Part shown: positions 56,371-64,000 of the stretch, piece by piece | How the letters are laid out: every line of letters starts with the position of its first letter | How positions within the stretch are numbered: the stretch's first letter is position 1 | Assembly: GCA_938084905.1 (NCBI GenBank) | Contig: CALKEQ010000002.1 | Coordinates: 139,515-203,514 of the forward strand | Source of the DNA: an uncultured bacterium | Lineage (GTDB): Bacteria > Desulfobacterota > Syntrophorhabdia > Syntrophorhabdales > JANXAF01 | Length of the DNA: 64,000 nt | Direction: 5' to 3' | Translations under genes and position numbers: made by a program | The notes under the pieces: model-generated | Database searches by the model: none | What the model was told of the DNA's origin: nothing | Seen by the model: the letters and a program-made list of their open reading frames with translations, nothing else

Positions 56371-57041
56371 TAATGCTCAAAAACGTGAAAAAGAGCTATT
56401 TTATAGGGGAGAGAGAGATAAGTGTTTTAAAGGGTGTGGACCTTGAAATAGAAAAGGGGGATTTTGTGATTCTCATGGGAGTCTCCGGCTCTGGTAAGAC
56501 GACCCTTCTCAATATAATCGGGCTCCTTGACCGAAAGTCTGAAGGGGAGTATCTGTTTATGGGTCTAAATGTGGACGATCTTTCAGATGAGGCACTCGCA
56601 AAAATGAGGAATAGACACATAGGCTTTGTTTTCCAGCAGTTTTTTCTCCTTCCCTACCTCAACGCGTTAGAAAACGTTCTCATTCCCATAATTTACTCTG
56701 ACAAGAAGATAAGAAATCCCAGAGAGAGGGCTAAGGCCCTCCTTGAGAGGTTCGGCCTGAAAGACAGGATTTACAGTAAACCTTCTCAGTTATCTGGCGG
56801 AGAGCAGCAAAGGGTCGCAATAGCAAGGGCACTTATAAATGACCCTGACATAATCCTTGCTGACGAGCCAACTGGGGCTTTAGACTCAAAAACTGGATCT
56901 GAGATTATGGATCTTTTCCGTATTCTAAATGAAGAGGGGAAAACAATAGTCTGTGTCACCCATGATCCAAATGTGAAAAGCTTCGGAAGAAGGATCCTTA
57001 AAATCGTAGATGGGGTGATAAGTGAGGACGTCGAGGGCTAA
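56367..57041 (+). CDS. ABC transporter ATP-binding protein (MacB/LolD type)
   Basis: Walker A GVSGSGKTT, signature LSGGEQQR, Walker B ILADEPT. Confidence 0.9.
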   Translation: MIMLKNVKKSYFIGEREISVLKGVDLEIEKGDFVILMGVSGSGKTTLLNIIGLLDRKSEGEYLFMGLNVDDLSDEALAKMRNRHIGFVFQQFFLLPYLNALENVLIPIIYSDKKIRNPRERAKALLERFGLKDRIYSKPSQLSGGEQQRVAIARALINDPDIILADEPTGALDSKTGSEIMDLFRILNEEGKTIVCVTHDPNVKSFGRRILKIVDGVISEDVEG

Positions 57042-58233
57042 GGAGTTTTTTGTCGAATTCCTAAAAATCCTTTACTATTACAAGGGAAGGGTCCTCTTCT
57101 CCTTTTCCGGAGTGGCACTTGGAATCCTTTCCATATGTGTAATAATCACAACAATAGAGGGTGCCAATAGAAAGGCAAAGGAGATATTTGAGTCTTTAGG
57201 ACCAGATTCTATAATGGTCTTCAGCGGGGCTGAGAGACAAAGACAGGCGAGGATAAGAGTAAACACTCTCACCCATGACGATGCTGAGTCAATTTCTAAA
57301 ATCTCAGGGGTCCACGACGTGGTAAAAATCTTGGCTGTACGCGGTTTCCCTGTCAAATATAAGGAGAGAAAATGGCAAACAGTAGTGGTTGGATGCACTC
57401 CAAACTATTTTCACTCATTTTCCTGGAACTTTGAATTAGGAGGACCTTTTGGAGATTCCCAGCTAGATAGACAAGAATCAGTCTGTGTTCTTGGAGCAAA
57501 GGTTAGAAAGGAACTCTTCTCAAATGATGATCCAACTGGAAAGTGGATACTTGTTGGACGCTTGCCAGTGAAAGTTTTGGGTGTCCTAGAAGAAAAAGGA
57601 GGAAGCTTCGGAGGGTCCCATGTGGATGACAGAATAATAATGCCGTTATCCACAGTTATGAATAGAGTCTCAGGGGAGAAGAAGTACCTTTCTATGTTGA
57701 GACTGAAAACTACCAGGGATCCGGAAGAGACGGTTGAAGATATAAGAAGAGTCCTAAGAAGGAATCACGGAATTCTAGAAGGGGCAGAAGACGACTTCAC
57801 GATAAGAAGCTCCAAGGACATTTTCAACTTTGTGAGTGTAATTTCAGGATCACTCCTTCTTTTTTTGGGCACAGCCTCAATTGTTGCACTAATAGTAAGC
57901 GGCTTTGTCCTTTCCAACCTCTTCTACCTAACCATTTACGAAAGAAGGAAGGATATAGGTATAAGGAGGGCTTATGGTGCATCAAGAAGGGGAATCCTCA
58001 TCTCCTTCCTTCTCGAGTCAGTTGTGATCACTCTTATAGGAGGGATTGTAGGTGTGATTCTGAGCTACGCCCTTGGTTCCACATTCGAGAGGCTTTTCGA
58101 TATGCCCATGATTTTTAATTACAAGGTAATACTATTTGCAGTCCTTTTCAGTTTTTTCACTGGTCTTTTATCAGGTCTCAAACCTGCGATGAGGGCAAGC
58201 TCTATTGAGCCAATAGAGGCCATAAGAGGGTAA
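57022..58233 (+). CDS. ABC transporter permease, MacB-PCD + FtsX domain
   Basis: 403 aa with an N-terminal TM, a large periplasmic domain and three C-terminal FtsX-type TMs. Confidence 0.8.
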   Translation: MRTSRAKEFFVEFLKILYYYKGRVLFSFSGVALGILSICVIITTIEGANRKAKEIFESLGPDSIMVFSGAERQRQARIRVNTLTHDDAESISKISGVHDVVKILAVRGFPVKYKERKWQTVVVGCTPNYFHSFSWNFELGGPFGDSQLDRQESVCVLGAKVRKELFSNDDPTGKWILVGRLPVKVLGVLEEKGGSFGGSHVDDRIIMPLSTVMNRVSGEKKYLSMLRLKTTRDPEETVEDIRRVLRRNHGILEGAEDDFTIRSSKDIFNFVSVISGSLLLFLGTASIVALIVSGFVLSNLFYLTIYERRKDIGIRRAYGASRRGILISFLLESVVITLIGGIVGVILSYALGSTFERLFDMPMIFNYKVILFAVLFSFFTGLLSGLKPAMRASSIEPIEAIRG

Positions 58234-59456
58234 TGGCGGAACTTCTCTTTTTCCATCTGGAGGTGGCAGTAAAGAACCTTCTCGTCCATAAAAAGAGGGC
58301 AATTCTTGCCATCCTCGGTATACTTTTTGCCGTCATGAGCCTATTCGCTTTCGGAAATATAAGCAGGGGGCTCAAAAGCAAAATAGAATTGGAAATTTCA
58401 AGATTTGGAGAAAATCTCATCATTCTCAGATCTGGCATATTTTTTGTGGCTGGAAGAAAAACGGCACAGTTCACAGAGGCAAAAACACTGAAGATGAATG
58501 AAATAAAGAGGATCAAGGATTCTATCAGCGATGTTGAGGAGGTTGTTCCTTTTTTTGACGTCTCCTACCCTATCAGGTTTAAAGAAAAGAAGGTTGTGGC
58601 AACCGTAATTGGAGTTGAAAGCAGTGTGTTCAATTTGAGGAACATTGACATTTCCTTTGGAAGGTTCTTTACAAGCGAAGAGGAAAGAAGGCTTGAGAGG
58701 AAGGCAGTTATAGGATTTAAAATTTACGAATCCTTATTCAGCGGAGAAAACCCCCTAGGAAAGTATGTCTTCATCTACAGGGTTCCAACTCAGATAGTTG
58801 GAGTAATGAGTGAGAAGGGAACTGACCTATTTGGCCAAGATCAGGATACTCTTGTCTACATGCCTCTTTCTACTTTCACTAGGAGATACAGCAACGTGGA
58901 CTACGTAAAGGGGGCGTACATAAAGGTTAAGGATGGGGTTCTCCTTTCCGAGACAAAAAGGAAGATTAGGAGCTTTATAAGGTCCGTAAGAAAAATGCGG
59001 GATGAAGAAAAGGACGACTTTACCATCTTCACCGTTGAGGATGTCTTAAAGACAAAGGAGGAGGGGATAAGACTCGTCTCCATTCTAACCGCTATTGCCT
59101 CAATAATATCCTTTTTTATTGGAGGACTGGGAATATTTGCAATCATGCTACTTTCCGTTACTGAGAGGAAGGTGGAGATCGGAATAAGGAGGGCAGTAGG
59201 TTCGAGAAAGAAGGATATAACATTCCAGTTCATGATAGAATCAACCCTTATCTCGGTTCTCGGAGGTTTACTCGGAATAGCAGCCGGTTTTCTAATTACC
59301 CTTATTGTCTGCGCAATAGGTAGTATACCTTTTTTTATAGCTTGGGGACACCTTGCGCTCAGTATATCCATATGTGGAATTATAGGGATATTAGCAGGCG
59401 TATATCCTGCTGTAAGAGGAACTAGGTATGAGCCTATAGAGGTTCTCTCTCCTTAA
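58233..59456 (+). CDS. ABC transporter permease, MacB-PCD + FtsX domain (paralogue)
   Basis: 407 aa with the same architecture as the preceding gene. Its ATG overlaps the preceding gene's stop by 1 nt (TAATG). Confidence 0.8.
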   Translation: MAELLFFHLEVAVKNLLVHKKRAILAILGILFAVMSLFAFGNISRGLKSKIELEISRFGENLIILRSGIFFVAGRKTAQFTEAKTLKMNEIKRIKDSISDVEEVVPFFDVSYPIRFKEKKVVATVIGVESSVFNLRNIDISFGRFFTSEEERRLERKAVIGFKIYESLFSGENPLGKYVFIYRVPTQIVGVMSEKGTDLFGQDQDTLVYMPLSTFTRRYSNVDYVKGAYIKVKDGVLLSETKRKIRSFIRSVRKMRDEEKDDFTIFTVEDVLKTKEEGIRLVSILTAIASIISFFIGGLGIFAIMLLSVTERKVEIGIRRAVGSRKKDITFQFMIESTLISVLGGLLGIAAGFLITLIVCAIGSIPFFIAWGHLALSISICGIIGILAGVYPAVRGTRYEPIEVLSP

Positions 59457-59947
59457 TGGAGACGCTTTAGGGAATCTTCTGCAAGCTCTTTCAGTATCTC
59501 TGACCTTGAGGACTTGATTAGGGCCCTAAGATGTGCTTCCGCCTCTTTTTTCTCTCCCTTCAACTCCTTTATCTTTGCGAGATATAGAGTAGCGATTTCG
59601 GATACTTTCCCCTTTTTCTCCCTGGCAATTTTATTGAATATACTCTCCGACTCGTAAAGGGAGTTCAAATCTTTCCTCAGAAGATACTCCCTGTATAAGG
59701 TCGCCCCTTTTGAAAGCTGCCACTGAAGCTCATCTCTTTTTTTCTCTTCGAAAGAAAGGTAGAAAAAAAGAAGGGCAGAGAGAATGATGGCTCCAACCCC
59801 AATAAAAATAACCACTTTTAAGCGTGTCCTAAAGGTTTCTACAATCCTTAGGATGGTTCTCATAAAAAGATCTGGTTTTTTTGCCTCTTTCTTTAAGCTG
59901 GCCTTCGCCATCTCGTCTATTTGAACACACTTTTGAGATCCTGTCAA
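59453..59947 (-). CDS. Membrane-anchored helical (TPR/YfgM-like) protein
   Basis: One TM helix (VVIFIGVGAIILSALLFFYL) followed by a helical repeat region. The likely true start is MAKASLKK at 59911. Confidence 0.45.
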   Translation of the reverse strand: MTGSQKCVQIDEMAKASLKKEAKKPDLFMRTILRIVETFRTRLKVVIFIGVGAIILSALLFFYLSFEEKKRDELQWQLSKGATLYREYLLRKDLNSLYESESIFNKIAREKKGKVSEIATLYLAKIKELKGEKKEAEAHLRALIKSSRSEILKELAEDSLKRLH

Positions 59948-59977
59948 TTATGGGATAAAATAGGCCATATGCTATAA

Positions 59978-60721
59978 ATGATCCTGGAAGGCGTCCTAAT
60001 TGGTTTTTGCGGCGGATTTTTTGGAGGGCTCGTAGGCCTAGGAGGAGGAGTACTAATGATTCCTCTTATGGTCTATGTGCTTAGACTTCCGCAATCCGCT
60101 GCCCATGGAAACAGTCTTGCTGCAATCGCATTCACAGCAATCTCAGGCGCAGTAACCTATTACATCCACGGATCTGTTGATCCTTTTGCCTCCTTTTTTT
60201 TGGCACTTTCAGCAGTACTGCCAGTAAGGTACGGAGCGAAACTGGCAACGGTTCTGAGGTCTGACAGGCTTAAAAAGTACTTTGCCATTTTTGTTCTCTT
60301 CGCATCCTTCGCTCTCATTCTTAAAGATTACCGTATACCACCGACCTGTAGAGACGGTTCGTTTCATCTCGAAATCTTCCTCCTTCTTCTTACCGGGTCT
60401 TTTACAGGCTTCATAACAGGTCTTTTTGGAGTTGGTGGAGGAACAATAATGGTCCCAGGACTTGTGATGCTCCTAGGCATGCCCCAACAGGTTGCCCAAG
60501 GAACTTCCCTTCTTGCAATGGTACCAGTTTGCCTTTCCGGAACCTTACCATACTTGAGGTTGGGCCACATGCATCTGAGGCTAGTTATTGGATTGTCTTT
60601 AGGAGCAACATTAGGCGGGCCGGTTGGTGCTTTACTCGCCAATTTTTTACCCGAGTTTCATTTAAGGTTCCTCTTTTCTTTTACTCTCATTTTTCTAGCC
60701 ATAAAGCAGTTAAGAGAGTAA
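59978..60721 (+). CDS. TSUP (TauE/SafE, DUF81) family anion exporter
   Basis: Two internal repeats of four-TM units with G-rich motifs (GFCGGFFGGLVGLGGG, GLFGVGGGTIMVP). Confidence 0.8.
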   Translation: MILEGVLIGFCGGFFGGLVGLGGGVLMIPLMVYVLRLPQSAAHGNSLAAIAFTAISGAVTYYIHGSVDPFASFFLALSAVLPVRYGAKLATVLRSDRLKKYFAIFVLFASFALILKDYRIPPTCRDGSFHLEIFLLLLTGSFTGFITGLFGVGGGTIMVPGLVMLLGMPQQVAQGTSLLAMVPVCLSGTLPYLRLGHMHLRLVIGLSLGATLGGPVGALLANFLPEFHLRFLFSFTLIFLAIKQLRE

Positions 60722-60805
60722 ATTAGCATCCACTCCAATGGTGATTTTCCTTAACCCTCGTTTCAGTTTGCAAATGGTGGCAGAAATCTGTAAATTTATC
60801 TTACC

Positions 60806-62722
60806 TTGAGAAGGATAGTAATAGGAACCGCTGGCCACATAGACCATGGAAAAACTGCTCTGATTAAAGCTCTGACCGGGATAGACTGTGACAGACTAAA
60901 GGTTGAGAAGGAAAGAGGAATTACCACAGAATTAGGATTCGCATATCTGAAAGCTAAAGATGACCTTCTTTTTGGCATAGTTGATGTTCCAGGTCACGAA
61001 AAATTCGTTCGGCACATGGTATCCGGAGCATGGGGAATAGATATGGTTTTACTTGTTGTTGCCGCAGATGAAGGTGTTATGCCTCAAACCAGGGAACACG
61101 TGGACATATGTGAACTCTTGGGACTAAGAAGAGCCGTTGTTGCCATAACAAAGGCGGATCTTGTAGACAAAGATATGCTTGAGCTCGCAATCGAAGATGT
61201 GAAGGATTTTTTAAAAGGAAGGGCCTTTCAAGACGCACCGATCATTCCAGTCTCTTCCGTTACAGGTCAGAACTTAGATCTCCTTATAGATAAGATAGTT
61301 GAGGTTTCACAGACCGTTAGGGAAAAGTCGAAAGAAGGAATATTTAGACTTCCAGTTGATAGGGTTTTCTCAGTAAGGGGTTACGGAACTGTTGTTACGG
61401 GAACTTGTATATCAGGCAAAGTGAAACTTGGGGAGCAGGTCGAAATCTACCCTTTGCAAATTTACGCTAGGGTTAGGTCGATCCAAGCTTATTACGAAGA
61501 AAGGGATGAGGCTTGGGCTGGAGAAAGAGTAGCTCTAAATCTTCAGGGGGTAGATAAAGACGAATTACAAAGGGGTGTTGTAGTAGGAAATCCGGGTCGC
61601 CTCATAACTACTCAAAGGGTTGATGCCTCTTTCAGACTTCTTAACCTTCCCATAAAGCCTATAAGGACAGACACGGTTTTTAGATTTCACATAGCCACAA
61701 CTCAGACGGAGGCCCGTCTGGTGATTTTGGAAAAGGATGAGATCAGTCCAGGGGAAGAGGCTTTCTGCCAGTTCGTTTTTAGAGAACCGATGGTTGTCTT
61801 ACCAGGTGACAGATTTATAATTAGGGGTTCTTACACACCTTCCCAGACAATAGGCGGTGGTGTAATCATCAACGCAACCCCAAAAAAGCATAAAAGGAAA
61901 AGACCAGAGCTTTCATTCTATTACCAAATTCTGAAAGAGGGTTCTGAAACTGACAAGGTCGAATTTTTTGTAAGGGAGAGAGGCTATGAGGGTATTTCTC
62001 TAAGTGAACTTGAGGTTGTCTGCGGTCTGGAAAAGAAAAAATACGAGGATTCCCTTTCAAAGCTTGTTGAAGAAAAAAAGGTCCTCGCTTTCGGCAACTA
62101 CGCTCTTCATCAGGAATTTGCTCTTAAGTACCGAACCCAGCTTTTAGATCTTCTTAGAGATTTCCACGATAAAAACCCTATGAAGATTGGAATCTCAAGG
62201 GAGGAGCTAAGACAGAGGCTACCAAAGATCAAAGAACAGTTCTTTCTTTTCATTCTTTCCACCCTGGTAAGTGAGGGGGAGGTGGAGCTTGAAAAGGACA
62301 GGATAAGACTCCGCTCTGCGAAGCATGTAAGGGAGGATACAGATTCCTTGGAGAGAGAGGTAATTAAGAAGCTGCTCGATTTCGGTCTAAATGCTCCGGG
62401 AATTACGGAGCTAAATCAAGGATTGAACTTTCCGGAGAATATCGTGAGGGATCTTGTGGAGAAGCTGGTATATGAAGGAAAGGCTGTAAAGTTGAAGGGA
62501 GATATGTACATTCATCCTGAAAATCTTACGAAGTTTAAAGAAGGCGTTATCAGTTTTCTTAGGGAAAAGGGCGAGGCAAGTCCGTCTGAGATAAAATCCA
62601 TCTTCAACCTTTCAAGAAAGTACATCATCCCCCTCCTCGAATATCTGGACGAGATAAAAGTAACGATAAGAAAAGGGGATAAAAGGGTTCTTAGGGATTC
62701 TCTTCTTGTCAACCAACCCTAA
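60806..62722 (+). CDS. selB: Selenocysteine-specific elongation factor SelB
   Basis: [19 protein letters not shown] and TKAD GTPase motifs, EF-Tu-like domains II and III, and a long winged-helix C-terminal extension. TTG start with no SD. Confidence 0.9.
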   Translation: MRRIVIGTAGHIDHGKTALIKALTGIDCDRLKVEKERGITTELGFAYLKAKDDLLFGIVDVPGHEKFVRHMVSGAWGIDMVLLVVAADEGVMPQTREHVDICELLGLRRAVVAITKADLVDKDMLELAIEDVKDFLKGRAFQDAPIIPVSSVTGQNLDLLIDKIVEVSQTVREKSKEGIFRLPVDRVFSVRGYGTVVTGTCISGKVKLGEQVEIYPLQIYARVRSIQAYYEERDEAWAGERVALNLQGVDKDELQRGVVVGNPGRLITTQRVDASFRLLNLPIKPIRTDTVFRFHIATTQTEARLVILEKDEISPGEEAFCQFVFREPMVVLPGDRFIIRGSYTPSQTIGGGVIINATPKKHKRKRPELSFYYQILKEGSETDKVEFFVRERGYEGISLSELEVVCGLEKKKYEDSLSKLVEEKKVLAFGNYALHQEFALKYRTQLLDLLRDFHDKNPMKIGISREELRQRLPKIKEQFFLFILSTLVSEGEVELEKDRIRLRSAKHVREDTDSLEREVIKKLLDFGLNAPGITELNQGLNFPENIVRDLVEKLVYEGKAVKLKGDMYIHPENLTKFKEGVISFLREKGEASPSEIKSIFNLSRKYIIPLLEYLDEIKVTIRKGDKRVLRDSLLVNQP

Positions 62723-62725
62723 ACT

Positions 62726-63301
62726 TTACACGATCTTTGTTACGCCCCAGAGGTATCTTACGGCAGAGTAAATGCTCAATATAAGAGCAATACCCAGTAT
62801 GATGATTCCTGGCTCAAAATAAGGGTATCTAAAGACAACCGGTTCTTTAAGTGATCGATTAAGCAGTATGACAGAGATACCGAGTATCTGGAAAGCTGTC
62901 TTGTACTTTCCAGATTTTGTAGGGGAAAGGGTTATACCCTCCTGTGCGTAGAGGGCTCTTATCCCGTTGATTAGAAATTCCCTTAAAATTAAGATCACCG
63001 TTAACCATAGAGGGACAACCCTGTAATAGCTTAAGGTTACAAGGCACGATACGATAAGCATCTTGTCAGCGATCGGGTCCATAAAAACACCAAGCTTAGA
63101 TTTCAGTTTGAATCTTCTTGCAAAAAAACCGTCCAGACCGTCTGTTATTCCGGCTATAACAAATAGGAAAAAGGACATTAAAAAGAACTTTTCCTCCTGA
63201 AGCGATATTAAGATGCAAATAATGGGGATGGAGAGGATTCGGACTAGACTCAGTCTGTTAGGAAGGGTCCAGAGGGGGATCTTTTCATCTTTAGCTTTCA
63301 T
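62726..63301 (-). CDS. pgsA: CDP-diacylglycerol--glycerol-3-phosphate 3-phosphatidyltransferase
   Basis: CDP-alcohol phosphatidyltransferase motif DGLDGFFARRFKLKSKLGVFMDPIADK. Confidence 0.85.
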   Translation of the reverse strand: MKAKDEKIPLWTLPNRLSLVRILSIPIICILISLQEEKFFLMSFFLFVIAGITDGLDGFFARRFKLKSKLGVFMDPIADKMLIVSCLVTLSYYRVVPLWLTVILILREFLINGIRALYAQEGITLSPTKSGKYKTAFQILGISVILLNRSLKEPVVFRYPYFEPGIIILGIALILSIYSAVRYLWGVTKIV

Positions 63302-63904
63302 TTACTTGTTAAGTAATTTGAGCCTGAAGTAAATGTCTTTCACCCTTTTTACGTAATTTATGGTTTCTTCAATGGCAGGAAAGTTCATTTTACTCTCAAT
63401 CACCCTTTTAGGACCCGCGTTATATGCGGCCAGAACAAGATCGAGATTGTCATTGAAGTGTTCTTTGAGGATCTTGAGATAAAGGGTTCCTCCCTTTATG
63501 TTCTCTTCCGGATCGAAGAGGTTTTTTAAATTCAACATCTTTGCAGTCTCCGGCATAATCTGCATAAGCCCCACCGCGCCCCTCCTTGATACCGCGTGAG
63601 GGTTGAAATTGGATTCAGCAATAATTACCGCCTTAACAAGAAGGGGGTCCACATTGTACTTTTTTGCGTAGTAACGGATGATCTCTTCGTAATCGTTCTC
63701 CGATTTTCTTATCTTACCTTGAGAGGAAAAGCTTTTCCTTTCTGGAATTAGAACCTCGTATTTCCTGTTGATCGGTTTAACGTTGGTAAAGTGGATCACC
63801 CCATGTTCATCAACGTAAGTGTATATGGCAGAATGAACAACTCCGAATGTAAGGAGTATGACAAAAAAAAGGAGAAGGGATACTACCTTTTTTTCAAGGT
63901 CCAT
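63302..63904 (-). CDS. Lytic transglycosylase (Slt domain) with N-terminal DUF4124-like region
   Basis: Catalytic Glu block IIAESNFNPHAVSRRGAVGLMQIMP and AYNAGP. Confidence 0.85.
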   Translation of the reverse strand: MDLEKKVVSLLLFFVILLTFGVVHSAIYTYVDEHGVIHFTNVKPINRKYEVLIPERKSFSSQGKIRKSENDYEEIIRYYAKKYNVDPLLVKAVIIAESNFNPHAVSRRGAVGLMQIMPETAKMLNLKNLFDPEENIKGGTLYLKILKEHFNDNLDLVLAAYNAGPKRVIESKMNFPAIEETINYVKRVKDIYFRLKLLNK

Positions 63905-63911
63905 TTTTCCA

Positions 63912-64000
63912 TCATCTTTTTGAGAGTTCGTCTACAAGTCTTTTGAACTCCTCGTATGTTATGGTTTTCACACCTAGCTCCTTTGCCTTCTCAAGCTTTG
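63912..64000 (-). CDS. 3' end of a gene encoding a BRCT-like C-terminus (possibly NAD-dependent DNA ligase); the rest lies outside the window
   Basis: The minus strand reads ..KLEKAKELGVKTITYEEFKRLVDELSKR*, which resembles LigA C-terminal BRCT ends. Only 29 codons are visible. Confidence 0.4.
   Translation of the reverse strand, partial: KLEKAKELGVKTITYEEFKRLVDELSKR

Overview
This is a compact, roughly 95% coding, housekeeping-dominated chromosomal segment. The source is probably a thermophilic, anaerobic, diderm bacterium. The evidence is Lys/Glu/Ile/Arg-rich proteins, AGA/AGG/AAG codon bias, and genes for desulfoferrodoxin, rubrerythrin, rubredoxin, a tetraheme cytochrome c, SelB and LPS transport and biosynthesis. 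A Thermodesulfobacteriota-like lifestyle is an inference, not an identification.

I call about 71 protein genes, 2 tRNAs (Leu-CAG, Phe-GAA), and a few terminators, operators and repeats.
- Translation: alaS (5' partial), cysS, ileS, proS and argS.
- Heat shock: hrcA-grpE-dnaJ.
- Core functions: der, ssb, lepB, lspA, ribF, accD, folC and ilvD.
- Envelope: lptF/G, an lptD-like gene, rfbACBD, an lpxH-like gene, pgsA, and a TolC/MacA/ABC/FtsX efflux cluster.
- Redox: a cytochrome c plus ResB/CcsA operon, and a three-subunit molybdenum hydroxylase.
- Other: a LonC-like protease and selB.

I saw no rRNA, CRISPR array, transposase, integrase or phage genes, and I did not find an unambiguous multi-gene novel system.

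The items most worth a second look fall below the 60-aa cutoff of the ORF track or are residue-level oddities:
1. A 43-aa Arg/Lys-rich micro-protein is translationally coupled to a CX4CX2C radical-SAM enzyme and lies divergent from an HDAC-family gene.
2. An orphan MobC/CopG-like RHH gene is followed in frame, after one TAG, by a tandem-repeat Lys/Ala micro-ORF and a terminator.
3. An unannotated rubredoxin overlaps a PerR-like gene, with a palindromic operator upstream.
4. A 58-aa Cys-rich ORF overlaps the argS start.
5. A nitrilase-superfamily protein has Ser at the catalytic Cys position.
6. The Mo-hydroxylase FAD subunit carries the four-Cys insertion typical of 4-hydroxybenzoyl-CoA reductase.

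Hand-called coordinates were derived by eye and may be off by 1-3 nt.
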